A stretch of 45,030 nucleotides of DNA from Octopus bimaculoides. Its lineage: Eukaryota. The translations under genes and the position numbers were made by a program. Shown here in pieces: positions 32,835-44,734 of this stretch (position 1 is the stretch's first letter; the number at the start of each line of letters is the position of its first letter). The notes beneath the pieces are model-generated. The model made no database searches and was not told where the DNA came from. It saw nothing but the letters and a program-made list of their open reading frames with translations. The stretch spans positions 3,838,534 through 3,883,563 of the forward strand of contig NC_068982.1 of assembly GCF_001194135.2 (NCBI RefSeq), read 5' to 3'.

Positions 32835-33740
32835 AGGAGATACTTTATAGTGTTACTGAAATTCTTAACCCAAAAAAATTCCCTCCACCCATCACCAGAA
32901 GGGGTAGATTTGGGGATTTGAATGAAGAAATTACTTTTACGCTAAAAATTTCTTTTTTAATTATTGACACAGTTTTTGCTAAATTCATTTTCCTTAAGAG
33001 ATGTTAATGTAATTGATAGGAAGCTATTAATGTTATGCAATACATTGCACACTGCATACAAAATTACTTCAGTGGGATGTTTAGAAACAGTTCTAGAGAA
33101 AAGCAAGCACCAGAAAATCAAAGAAAAGTTTCATTGAAAAATCAGCATTATTGTTAAATCATCATCATCATCATTTAACATCCGTTGTCCATGCTGGCAT
33201 GGGTTGGACAGTTTGACTGGGCTGGCACACTGGAAGGCTGCACCAGGATCCAGTCAGATTTGGCATGGTTTCTACGGCTAGATGCCCTTCCTAATGCCAA
33301 CCACTCCAAGAATGTAATGGGTGCTTTTACATGCCATCTGCGCGACGCCGGCATCTGGCATGACTGCGATTTTGCTCAGTTTCTTGGGTCTTCTTCTCAA
33401 GCACGACACAATGCTAAAGTTCTTGGCCACTGCCTCCGTGAGGCCCAACACTCGAAAGGATCTTGGCCACTTTGCCTCCATGTTGTTAGAAATAATAATT
33501 ATTATTGTTATTTCAAATCCCTCTCCTATCAATAAAGTATGGGGTTTTATTCAGTTGGCCATACACCCTCTGCATCATAAAAATTTGCAGCTTTCTATCT
33601 AAGAAACTGTGTCCTTCAACCAAACGACCAGCAGCCATCACACAGGGCCAACAGAGACCCTATATGCAGTTGCTCAAACTGCTGGAAATAGCAACCAAAC
33701 ACCCCACCCCTAACACAATGATTTTCAAATAGTGCATTAA

Positions 33741-33915
33741 CCCATGAGTATTTAAACTGGTCATATCAGGCCCAAATATTCCACCTGTTTTAGGTTCAAA
33801 CTAGCCAGGTCTGGTCTTTTGTACCTAACCTACAATGCCATTCTAAAAATACACAATCACATCATCATAATGTTGAAGCTACAAGATAATGCATGATTAA
33901 TTCAAAACAATTATC
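33741..33915 (+). mobile_element. Truncated copy of the same piggyBac-like MITE as 41261
   Basis: TTAA|CCCATGAGTATTTAAACTGGTCATATCAGGCCCAAATATTCC... aligns with 41261-41385. Confidence 0.5.
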
Positions 33916-33976
33916 ATCTTGGTAGGTGGCATTCCCATTATGTGTGTGTGTGTGGGTGTGGGTGGTGCGTGTGTGT

Positions 33977-34347
33977 GTGTGGTAAGAAGCTTGCTTCCCA
34001 ACCACATGGTTCCGGGTTCAGTCCCAAAGTGTGGCACCTTGGGTAAGTGTCTTCTACTATAGCCTCGGGTCAACCAAAACCTTGTGAATGGATTTGATAG
34101 ACAGAAACTGAAAGGAGCCTGTCGTATGTGTGTGTTTGTGTGTCTGCGTTTTTTGTCTCCACACCCTCGCTTGACAACAGATGTTGGTGTGTTTACATCC
34201 CTGTAACTTAGTGTTTCGGCAAAAGAGACCAATAGAACAAGTACTAGGCTTACAAAAGAGTAAGTCCTGGGGTCGATTTGTTCGACTAAAGCCAGTGCTC
34301 CAGCATGGCCGCAGTCAAATGACTGAAACAAGTAAACGAATAAAAGA
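33977..34347 (+). mobile_element. SINE family A
   Basis: Match to the 29132 copy; the head merges with a (GT)n tract. Confidence 0.82.
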
Positions 34348-35234
34348 ATATATATATATATATATATATATTAACTCTACATCTTAATCATCATCATCAT
34401 CATCATCATCGTTTAACGTCCGCTTTCCATGCTAGCATGGGTTGGACGATTTGACTGAGGACTGGTGAAACCGGATGGCAACACCAGGCTCCAGTCTGAT
34501 TTGGCAGAGTTTCTACAGCTGGATGCCCTTCCTAACGCCAACCACTCAGAGAGTGTAGTGGGTGCTTTTACGTGTCACCCGCACAAATCATAGACCTTCC
34601 TTTGGTTTGTGACAGGCTGTCCATGTTTGTGCCTTCCTCATCTTCCAGCTTCTGCACTGCTCACCCAACCACCTAAGTACTCGAGGCCTTCAGCAACATT
34701 CAATTTAGAACTGCTCAAAGCAAACAGTTCAGCTTCACTGGATTGGTAGCATTAGTCTTCCACCCAGACTAATGCAACCGCAGCCTGGGTGGAAGCCACT
34801 TTATGATTGCAGACACTGGCCTGGAATGTACGCAAGGCCTTGAGGCAGTGATGCTGGACCGAGAAGTGGGGGGGGGGGGCTATGTTGCCATGGTCTGGGT
34901 TGGAACCCGGCCCTAATCTTTTATTCGTTTACTTGCTTCAGTCATTGGATTGCAGCCATGCGTGTGTGTATCTTGGTGTCTGTGCTTGTCCTTCACCACC
35001 ACTTGACAACTGGTGTTGGTTTATTTATGTTCCCATAAATTAGCGGTTCAGCAAAATGTAACTAATAGAAAAAAAACAATGGGGTCAATTCATTCGACTA
35101 AACCATTGAAGGCAGTACTCCAGTATGGCCACAGTCCAATGAATGAAACATGTAAAAGCTAAATCGATTAAACCACCACAACATAGTAAAATGAAAAAAA
35201 AATATTAAAAAAAAGTAGAAAAAGAAAATCTTAC

Positions 35235-35304
35235 CAGATAAATCATCCGATTCTGTGGAATTGCATTTATCGTCTGACTTGAGTGGCACGAAAACTGAAT
35301 CGCC
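35235..35304 (-). CDS. SLC35F5: SLC35F5 coding exon 4 (GDSVFVPLKSDDKCNSTESDDLS)
   Basis: ttttctcatccag|GGC...TCT G|gtaaga, 70 nt, phase 0-1. FVPLK corresponds to the YVPVK motif of the family. Confidence 0.87.
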
Positions 35305-36015
35305 CTGGATGAGAAAATAAAAATAAGAGTAACTTAAGTTTTACAATAAATTGATTAAGGTAAGAAGAGTGTTGTAATTTACTTGAAGCATTGTAGGACA
35401 GAAGTAGAATAGTAAATGAAATGAGAAATGAGGAAAGCTTCTAATAATGCAGAATGTTTTTTTTTTTTAAAACCTTTATATTTTGGGTTATCCAAAATGG
35501 CAGGGACCTATGTAAATATACATTTCTTTGACTGTATTCTACTAGAGATAGGCCTTTGCGTCTGATATACAAAGGTTTTTTTTTTATACTTTCTGCATTA
35601 TTGGCAGCAAACTTATCTTACCATTCAGCCATGCCTGCAGCAATGTGCACCGTGCATGCACAAAAATGTACATATCTATGCAGGCAGGCGTGAAAATGTC
35701 AGTGAAAGGCGAGAAGAGGAAACTGGAGAAGATAGAAGGTACAAAAGGCAAGTGTGTGAATCATCCTCCTCATCATCATCGTTTAACGTCCGCTTTCCAT
35801 GCTGGCATGGGTTGGATGAGGGCTGGTAAGCGGGAAGGCTGCACCAGGCTCCAATTTGAACTGGCAAGGTTTCTACAGCTGGATGCCCTTCCTAATGCCA
35901 AAATATAGAATGTTTTGGGGAGGACAAGACAAGAAAGTGGGGAGGATAGAGAAGAGGAGAAAGAGAATGAATAACTGAATCTTTTATTATTTGCAGGATA
36001 TTGAAAAAGGCTCAC

Positions 36016-36072
36016 CAATAGCTTGTCCACTTCAATGGGGTGTTCTTCAACAGGTTCAAATCTAGGAAGAGT
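36016..36072 (-). CDS. SLC35F5: SLC35F5 coding exon 3 (TLPRFEPVEEHPIEVDKLL)
   Basis: ttatttcag|ACT...TTG|gtgagc, 57 nt, phase 0-0. Bridges exons 2 and 4 in frame. This is a poorly conserved loop, so the call rests on splice signals and phase. Confidence 0.75.
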
Positions 36073-36419
36073 CTGAAATAAATAATTGTTAATGATAACG
36101 ATAATGATTTCTGAAATTAGTAAAAGGCTAATGAGCTTTTGAAAAGAACATAAATAATTAAATCGAGCTCAGTATTTCACTGGTACCATTTTTATCAGAT
36201 GCTAGAGGAATGAATGGTGAAGTTGACAATGATGGCATATCCTCATAACTATAAAGGTGGGGGGAGGGGGCACGGAGATGCTAGAAACCATTTTGCATGG
36301 CATTGATGATTCTTCCAACGTAAGGATGAGAAATAGCTGATTTCTGTGGGATTTGAACTCAGAATATAGCGAGAGCACACGAATGAACTGAAAGAAAAGT
36401 TAGGTATAAGAGAGAAAAA

Positions 36420-36650
36420 GAGGCAGCGTGCAAAAGAAAAGATTGTACTGGCACGTGTGACGCCTACGGAGAATGTCAGTCATATACTAGGTGTCAAGTG
36501 GAAGAGGGAATTCTGGGAAGATATGGAATAAAAGACTGTTTTCTTAAGAACTAAAGAGGATGATAACAAAGGAAGACCGTGACACTGTGACATGCCAAGT
36601 TGAAGAAGACGCATCCGACTCCTGGGAATATGGTAACACAGATATCAAAA
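36420..36650 (+). mobile_element. Highly degenerate RTE fragment
   Basis: gtgcaaaagaaaagattgtactggcacgtgtga resembles gtgcaagagagacgattgcgctggtatggacatgtggtga of the 44735 element. Boundaries approximate. Confidence 0.45.
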
Positions 36651-37492
36651 TGGTGATGGAGAGAGGTTAGGAAGTATTATGTTTACATTTGGGTCTCGCC
36701 CTCCCGCCATATATAGGTCCCCATCTACTGCCAGTCCACTCTCTTCATGTTCTGCCCCCATCCATCACATCCTTATGGCACCACTTGCTTCACAAAGGAC
36801 GGCACTGGATCTTCTGTCTGTATTCAATACCCTTACCATCATGCACCCCCCTCTCTCTCTCTTTCCCCTATAACTCATTGATATCCTCTCTCTTTCTCTC
36901 TCTCTCCCTCACATCATGCAACTCTTTTGCTATGCATCATTCCCTTTCCTTCTCTTACAATCAATCTCTCCATAGTTGTGGTTTTCAACTGTTTTAATAT
37001 CTGGGCCAGATCCAAAACATGGATTTTTTTTTTAAGGGGCCCATTTAAGGGCACCCTTCAATCATTGGGCAATAAACTGTGCTTGCAAAGACCTGTTGAG
37101 TCAAGTGAAGTTCTTGCCGTGGCCGATGACAGTACTGCCTGACTGGCACCTCTGCCAGTGGCATGTAAAAAGCACCATTCGAGCGTGATCATTGCCAGTG
37201 CCGCCAGACTGGCCCCCATGCCGGTGGCACGTAAAAAGCACCATCCAAGTGTGACCGATGCCAGTACTGCTTGACTGGCCCTCATGCACCAGGCTCCAGT
37301 CCAATCTGGCAATGTTTCTACAGCTGGATGCCCTTCCTAATGCCAACCACTCCGAGAATGTAGCGGGTGCTTTTTACATGCCACCAGCATGAGGGCCAGT
37401 CAAGCGGTACTGGCATCGGTCAAGATGTGGACCCTGACCCCTTCAACCAGCATAATGAACAAAAAAAAAAAGGTTATGTTTCTATGCCTTCT

Positions 37493-37655
37493 ACTCTTTT
37501 GTTTCAGTCATTTGACTACGGCCATGCTGGACTTATTCTTTGTAAGCCTAGTACTTTATTCTATTGGTCTCTTTTGCCGAACTGCTGAAGTTATGGGGAT
37601 GTAGACACACCAACAACAGTTGTCAAGCGGGGAGGGGGAACACAGACATACACAT

Positions 37656-37710
<55 letters not shown>

Positions 37711-37877
37711 TACAACAGGCTTCTTTCAGTTTCCATCTACCAAATCCACTCAGAAGGCTTTGGTCGGCCCAAGGCTATAGTAGAAAACACTTGCCCAAGG
37801 TTCCACACAGTGGGACTGAACCTGGAACCATGTGGTTGGTAAGCAAGCTACTTAGCACGCAGCCACTCCGGCACCTA
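37493..37877 (-). mobile_element. SINE family A
   Basis: Reverse-complement match with an expanded CA/TA tract. Confidence 0.82.
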
Positions 37878-38269
37878 TTATTATTAAAAAATAATCATGA
37901 TTTGCAAACAAAGCAGGATCAGCTGGCAAGACAGAGAGCTGCACCAAGTTCCAACTTTGTTTTGGCCTGGTTCCTACAGCTGGATGCCCTTCGTAACACC
38001 AACCACTTTACAGAGTGCTCCACTGGGTGACTTCTATGTGGCACTGGCACAGGTACCTTTTACATAAGCAATTCCAGTACATTAGTGAAGAAATATCTAA
38101 AGTCAAACTTGCAAACAGCTATATTTATCTAGGGTCTTTTAAAGAAAATTTAAGACCAGTGTTTAAGTCTGTCAGCTGCCAAAAACATCAGATACAGAAA
38201 TTAATTTGAAATGTGATGACTAATTTCTTGCAAACATCACATTTTGCTGAAGAATCTAAAAACTGTTCT

Positions 38270-38500
38270 ACGGGCATATGGCATAGTGGTTAAGAGCGTG
38301 GGCTACTAACCCCAAGATTCCGAGTTCGATTCCAGGCAGTGACCTGAATAATAATAAGATTGAAAAATACCCTAGAAATGAGAACCCAGGTTCGAAATAT
38401 CCCCAAGACACCTGATAAAGGCTGGGTGGTATATCAGCCGAAACGTGTTAACAACAAACAAGATGAGGATAAATATCCGTCAAATGTAAATAATGTAAAT
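38270..38500 (+). mobile_element. Solo PLE terminal repeat / SINE-like copy with tRNA-like head and degenerate hammerhead (38407-38449)
   Basis: A-box TGGCATAGTGG at 38279-38289 and B-box GTTCGATTC at 38324-38332. Core reads CTGATAA (G8>A) a ggctg...cagcc GAAAC GTGTT. Confidence 0.85.
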
Positions 38501-39220
38501 CTAAAAGCTGTTGCCGACAAAAGGATTTGAACACAGCACTGTAAGGAAATGAAATATTTGCTAACTACACAATGATTTCGTTGCATTCAGGAGTATGTTG
38601 CCCTTGCCTGTCATCTGTTTACATCAAACTAGACAGACACAAGAACAGTTAAAGAGATTAGCGAAAGACACAGTTGTGATGATGTGATAGGAACTGCTGA
38701 CTGTCCAGCCTACAACTAGCAAGCTGCTGTTTTGGTTGGCTGCTGTAGAATAGCCACATAACAGTAAATCAGAGGGAGAAAAGAAAAACAAAAAAAAAAA
38801 CAACAGTCACAACTATATAAAGAGACTTTTTTTATGTAGCAGAATTATTTCCTTTTCCAGTGTAATTATTGATTTTTTTTTTTTCTCAGTAACACCATTC
38901 TGTGTTATGTCATTCATTTGAGAGACACTTCTCACATTCATTATTATAGCAATGAACAGCTAGAATCTTTAAAAAGGAATATCCCAACAAAATAACAGTC
39001 CAATGAATGGATCCTAAAAGAGAGGAAAGAATATCACCATTCTGATTTTCTTTATCAGTAACAGATTCAATTAATTTTTTGGTTTTTTTTTTTCTATCGT
39101 GAGTTTGACTTGCTAGAAATAGAAGTCAAATCTTCTAACCACACTTTACCATTTAAAAATAAGACAAGTCATTCGATAAATCAGTCTTACATAAGCCTAA
39201 AAAAAATTCACTGATTTGGA

Positions 39221-39522
39221 CTGGCGCTCTGTCGGTTCTGATGACAAGGGTTCTAGTTGGTGCGATCAAGAGAACAGCCTGCTCATGAAATTAATATGCA
39301 ACTGGCTGAGCACTCCACAGACATGTAGTTCTCAGGGAGTATCAGTAGGACACAAAATGTGACAAGGTTGGCCCCTTTTGAATTACAGGTACAACTCATT
39401 TCTGCTAGCTTAATGGACTGGAGCAATGTGAAATAAAGTATCTTGCTCAAGGACACAACGTGCTGCCGGGAATTAAACTCACGACGTTACAATTGTAAGC
39501 AAACACCTTAACCACTAAGCTA
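39221..39522 (-). mobile_element. SINE family D
   Basis: Reverse-complement match to family D. Partial copies also at ~6230-6320 and ~18600-18752. Confidence 0.78.
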
Positions 39523-40379
39523 CTAACATTCCCCCCTTTCACATTTCTTTTATGGTAAACCAATTCCCTTTCAGTCCCCCCACCCCTGTTGCTTATGTCA
39601 TTCGTATTCAAGGTTATTACGGAAAGATTATCATGTCCACTTCTTTTGCGATAACAATCCTTTTTCTTCTTTCCATCTGCTTCTTTCTGACCATCTTTAA
39701 AGAGCTGATTCACTCTGGAATCAAAACGGATTCACAGAAGGAAACCCAGACAATTCTTTGACTTTAAAATAATCCCAATATGTCAGAATAAGTCAGCTTT
39801 TCTTGGGAGATGTTTCCTAATTAACCGTTTTACATACAGCTTTGAACAGTAGGACATGTCATGGCATACTAATTGTTTTAAAGGAAAGAAATTATTCTAA
39901 AATATAAATCAAGAGTGAACGGACACAAAACAAAACAGCAGATTATGGTATTAGAGTCATTGGAGATTAATGCTTATCCACATGCCCAAGTTACGTTAAA
40001 TGTGGTCTTTTATTTGCTAAACAATATCCAGCAACCTTAGCTGGAACTGGAAGCAGGAAAATAAAGAAAAACAAAAATGAAATACAAAACAATATTAATG
40101 AATTATTGTTCATACTAATAAGAAGCAACCATTCTTTGCTTTTATGAGTTGTCAGATGCTACAGGTAGCATTTGAATTGGAGTTACATCCTTGAGAACAA
40201 TTCTTGCTGGATTTTCATTTAACCCAAGTTAGGCCGCATAGAGTTCTGCCTTTCTCATTAGAATTGTGAGTGACAGACGTCAATCATTGTGTTTCTAAAA
40301 AAGCAGTTTAGGAAAGAAAGAAAGAAAGAAAGAAAGAAGACCAATTAAATATCCAAAGTGGAACACTTATTGTACATAC

Positions 40380-40511
40380 TTTGCTAGTCCTGCTGCATTG
40401 TTGTCTCCAGGGCTTCAAAACCAGGAAACCCAACAGGTATACCATAAACATTGCAGACTTTGCATATGCTATGAAAAATGGCTTGATGTAATGCTCTTGT
40501 TTAAAGATATA
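40380..40511 (-). CDS. SLC35F5: SLC35F5 coding exon 2 ([44 protein letters not shown])
   Basis: ttttgcag|TAT...AAA|gtatgt, 132 nt, phase 0-0. KPFF..AK.SMF..YLLGF...KPWRQQC is the SLC35F5 signature. Confidence 0.96.
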
Positions 40512-41260
40512 CTGCAAAAGAAAAAGAAGAAATAGACAAGGATGAATTCATTATACCATAACATATTGGGTGATTTCTGATTGCTGTTTACGAGTAAGCT
40601 ATCAGCCCCAAAGAAACCTGATGGTTCTCTTTGAGCCGATAAACTGGAAGCAATTCAACAATCCGACATCAGGATGCTTTTAAGCTGCAACTAATTAATG
40701 GGAGAAGTTGGAGAGTTTACAACAACACTTTGAAACAAAGAAAGAAAATATAAGCAATAATTTCATTATCATCAGTTAACGTCCATTTTCTATGCTGGCA
40801 TGGGTTGGACAGTTTGACAAGAGCTGGCAAGATAGAGAGCTGCACCAGGCTCCAACTGTCCGTTTTGGCAAGGTTCCTAACATCCACCACTTTACAGAGT
40901 ATACTGGGTGCCTTTTACATGGCACCAGCACAGGTGCTTTTTACATGATTTGAAAAACCTTAGGGCTAGCATCAAATTCTAGCACTCTTTGATGTGCAAG
41001 TACAATGTAGTGCCAAGTAAAGTAAGAAAACTTCTGGCCTCTCCACCCTGGGTTAGGATAAGATATTGTAATACGGAAGTTTAATGGAATAAAGTTCTTC
41101 ATTGTCATCCAACAGAAACAAAGGACTAACTGGAATGTCATTGCAGTCAGACACTAGTAGAAAATTAGACTGTAAGATCTCAGTAAAGACACAAAAGTGG
41201 GGAGCAGATCAAACTCCGTCAATCACAAAATACTAAAGAGAAAATATGCATCATTATTAA

Positions 41261-41385
41261 CCCTTTAGCATTTAAACTGGCCATATCAGGCCCAAATATT
41301 CTACCAGTTTTAGGTTCAAATTGACAAGATCCAGCCTCTCTCACCTACCCTACAATGTCATTTTAGAAATATACAATTACATCGA
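41261..41385 (+). mobile_element. Left end of a piggyBac-like MITE (second family), truncated
   Basis: TTAA|CCCTTTAGCATTTAAACTGGCCATATCAGGCCCAAATATTC..., also found at 33741. Confidence 0.55.
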
Positions 41386-41519
41386 AATCTCAGTTTCCGA
41401 CTACCAAATCCACTCACAAGGCTTTGGTCAGCCTGAGGCTGTAGTAGAAGTCACTTGCCCAAGGTGCCATGCAGTGGGACTGAACCTGGAACCATGTGGT
41501 TGGGAAGCAAGCTTCTTAT

Positions 41520-41748
41520 TTCTTTACTGCCTACAAGGGGCTACACACAGAGAGGACAAACAAGGACAGACAAACGGATTAAGTCGATTATATCGATCCC
41601 AGTGCGTAACTGGTACTTAATTTATCGACTAAGGAAGGATGAAAGGCAAAGTCGGCCTCGGCGGAATTTGAACTCAGAACGTAGCGGCAGATGAAATACT
41701 GCTAAGCATTTCGCCCGGCGTGCTACCGTTTCTGCCAGCTCGCTGCCA
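41520..41748 (-). mobile_element. SINE family B variant (different 3' end, also seen as a fragment at ~11260-11350)
   Basis: Family B head and central block with an aggggctacacacagagaggacaaac end. Confidence 0.78.
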
Positions 41749-42275
41749 CACAACCACACCTGCACCTACTAAAAACATAAAATATATCTTAGCAGAATAT
41801 AATCTGCAAGAACAAATAATTTCCCATTACTCAGGATGAGAAGAACTACAATGAACTAAAAGAACACAGATTGAGGGGGGGGGGGGGTCATGTATGAAGC
41901 ACTGGTGGTAAAAAGCACCCAGTCCACTCTGCAAAGTGGTTGGCATTAGGAAGGTTGTCCAGCTGTAGAAACCATGCCAAAACAGACAATTGGATCCTGG
42001 TGCAGTCTTCTGGTTTGCCAGCTCCTGTCCAACTTCTGCCAGCATGGAAAACAGATGTTAAATGATAATGATGATGAAACTCACCTTCACCCCACAAAAA
42101 TACTTTATGGCAATTGAAATTATAAAGATTATACTCTCAGTTTCCTTTACATGGAACTTGAAAAGCAAGTAAAAGAAAATTGACAAAAAACCCCCAATCT
42201 TGAACATAAAACTTAAACATGCAACACTTTGTGAAGTTTAACAGGTTTAACAAGAAAGTGAAAGTGTGGGATTAC

Positions 42276-42380
42276 CTGAGTGAATTCTGATGAGGCCACC
42301 CATAAGATATTGACAACCAAAAGCACTACCACACCTAGGATTAACCTCTGCGGCTTTGACAATCCACTTAGCCTTAACAT
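42276..42380 (-). CDS. SLC35F5: SLC35F5 coding exon 1 (exon starts at acceptor 42415; MLRLSGLSKPQRLILGVVVLLVVNILWVASSEFTQ)
   Basis: Acceptor ttttcttttgtag|42415, gccATG at 42380, donor CAG|gtaatc. The peptide matches the SLC35F5 TM1 motif LG+V+LL+V++W VASSE+T. Ends phase 0. Confidence 0.9.
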
Positions 42381-43196
42381 GGCAGGCTTGAACGGCGCAT
42401 GCTGGACTGCGTAATCTACAAAAGAAAAAAGGAAAGAACCTTAAAAGTTATTTTACCAATCAAAGATTTCGTTTCAAAGCACAAAACCAATCAAGTCCTC
42501 TCCTGGGGGCAGGGCAAAGACTATGATAAAGAGGTTGGATTAACAGAAACAAAAAGTTCAAATAAAATATCACAGGGGAGTGGGAATTTAAATAGCATTG
42601 AAGTAGATTTTGCTTTCCATCCTCTTCTTAAGTACCAATCAAGCACTGGATCAACAGAAGAAAGCAATTACCTTTTATTTTTTACTTGTTTTAGTCATTT
42701 GACTGTGGCTATACTGGGGCACCACCTTGAAGAATCTTTAGTCAATAGAATTGGCCCTGATATTTATTCTATCAGTCACTTTTGCCAAACCACTAATGGG
42801 GATGTAAACGCACCAATACCAGTTGTCAAGGGGTGGTGGGGAACACACACACACACACACACACACATCTGTGCGTAAACAGACAAAAATGAAAGAAAAA
42901 AATTAAAAGAGAACAATATTCTGAAAACAAAAGTGTGTAGTATTTAATTCCATATATATTTATATAAATGTATAGGAGTGTACCCGAGTGAAATTGTTTT
43001 AAAGTAAATACTGTTTATGATGAAAATTCGCACAGTGACTTCAGAGCAAAACCTCTCACTACAGTTTGCCAAGATTTCATGTCTGACTGCTACTCCCTCC
43101 CACTCAGCTTTAGTTTCCTTCTACCAACGTGACTAATAGGACATACATTTTATAAGACACACACACACACACACACACATACATATATACATACAA

Positions 43197-43660
43197 GTGA
43201 GACCGTAACCATGGCCTATGCCAGTGCAGCATAACCAGCCTTTTTAAGAGTACCTTTCAATCATTGAGCAATAAACTGCGCTTGTAAAGACCTGTTAAGT
43301 TAAGTGAAGTTGTTGTGACCGATGACAGTATCGCCTGATTGGCACCCATGCCAGTGGCACATAAAAAGCAGCATTCGTGCGTGGTTGATGCCAGTGCCAC
43401 CTGACTGGCTCCCGTGGCAGTGGCACGTAAAAAACACCATTCAAGCATGGTCGATGCCAGTACTGCCTGACTGGCCCTCATGCCAGTGGCATGTAAAAAG
43501 CACCCACTATACTCTCGGAGTGGTTGGCATTAGGAAGGGCATCCAGCTGTAGAAACTTTGCCAGATCAGACTGGAGCCTGGTGCAGCCTTCTGGCTTGCC
43601 AGCCCTCAGTCAAACTGTCCAACCCATGCCAGCATGGAAAGCAGACATTAAATGATGATG

Positions 43661-43661
<1 letters not shown>
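43197..43661 (+). mobile_element. Repeat family C (66-bp internal tandem units, GGTTGGCATTAGGAAGGGCATCCAGCTG block, (ATG)n tail); probably an RTE 3' end or RTE-tailed SINE
   Basis: Longest copy in the window. Units start at 43321, 43387 and 43453; ends ...ccagcatggaaagcagacattaaatgatgatgat. The link to RTE is inference. Confidence 0.8.
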
Positions 43662-43696
<35 letters not shown>

Positions 43697-44551
43697 ACAC
43701 TGGCTTAGTTGTGTGGTTAAGAAGTTCAGTTTGTAACCACATAGTGTACTGGTTTAATTCCAAAGTGCAGTTTCCTGCTGTAGATCTAGGTTACCAGTAT
43801 TCACTCAAAATATTGCAAACTCAAAACTACAACAGAAGACATTTGCTGAGGGTGCCAGGCAATAGAATTGAACCAGGACCATTTGGTTATATAGTAAACT
43901 TTGTAACCATTTTAAAATGTTGTCAAGCCCTGGTTAGTACCAAGCAACTAAAAAGCAGCTGTTCACCAACACTAAGAAGATCAAAAACGTATGTGGGAGG
44001 GAAAACAATGTTCCTTGTAGCCTGCCACTTCTTGGAATATTATTTTGTCTATCAAATACAAACAACTGGTTTTTCAATAGCTAAAAGACTACACAGCATG
44101 AATACAAATTCCTATTTATTCTCTCTCCTTCTTGGAATTACTTTCCAATATGCTTTATTCAAGAAGAAACAAACAAAATTTAACAATCGTTGCCAAAGAG
44201 ATAATGTGAACTTTAAGCAGATTACTACCATTTTACCACTTGCTTGTAATACAGAACACTGAGATAATGTTTATACAACGAAAAAAAAAAGAAAACTTGA
44301 CACATTTAATTAGTCAGCTATGAAAAAATTGTGGCATTACCACTTTTATGAATAAAATGCAATATGAAAAATGTTCGTATATGGGTGTGTATGGTCAGAC
44401 AGACAGACAAATAGTAAGAGAGAGAGAGAGAGAGAAAAGAGAGTGTGTATGAGTGTCTGTGTGTCTTATCTTTAATTTTTTATTTATTTCAGTCATTAGA
44501 CTATGGCCAAGTTGGGGGCAGACGGTGCAAAAAATAAATAGTTGCATACAC

Positions 44552-44734
44552 AGGTGTAGGAGTGGCTGTGTGGTAAGTAGCTTGTTTACCAACCACATGG
44601 TTCTGGGTTCAGTCCCACTGCGTGGCACCTTGGGCAAGTGTCTTCTACTATAGCCTCGGGCCAATCAAAGCCTTGTGAGTGGATTTGGTAGACAGAAACT
44701 GAAAGAAGACCGTCATATATATATATATGTATAT
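44552..44734 (+). mobile_element. SINE family A, 5' half, ending at its TA tract where the RTE begins
   Basis: Head and CORE-like block present; the 3' half is absent in this window. Confidence 0.82.

Noticed and set aside
34745-34860. HDV-like ribozyme interpretation of the pseudoknot
   Set aside because: The loop contains no P3/L3/P1.1 elements and I could not place P4 or a catalytic C on either strand. Kept only as a generic pseudoknot.
38272-38345. tRNA-like heads (also 21710-21778 and 31243-31318) as real tRNA genes
   Set aside because: Acceptor and T stems do not pair, the ACT anticodon is non-standard for eukaryotic Ser, and each head is fused to the same repeat body. They are tRNA-derived TE heads.
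39447-39714. Candidate SLC35F5 exon between exons 2 and 3 (ttccag acceptor at 39715)
   Set aside because: The required phase-0 frame reads SESAL* and stops. Exon 36016-36072 bridges the gene correctly.
42287-42297. CTGATGAGGCC as a hammerhead core
   Set aside because: It is the antisense of the VASSE codons in exon 1. There is no stem II closure or GAAA downstream.
42399-42878. 159-aa + strand ORF
   Set aside because: Antisense to SLC35F5, runs through SINE remnants and a (CA)n tract, and has no domain features.
43321-43505. 66-bp repeated units as a CRISPR-like array
   Set aside because: The units are contiguous diverged tandem repeats with no unique spacers, inside a eukaryotic retroelement, and there are no cas genes.
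43711-44262. 183-aa + strand ORF (longest in the track)
   Set aside because: Starts in a degraded SINE head, has no recognisable motif, and lies in AT-rich sequence antisense to the gene. Consistent with chance.
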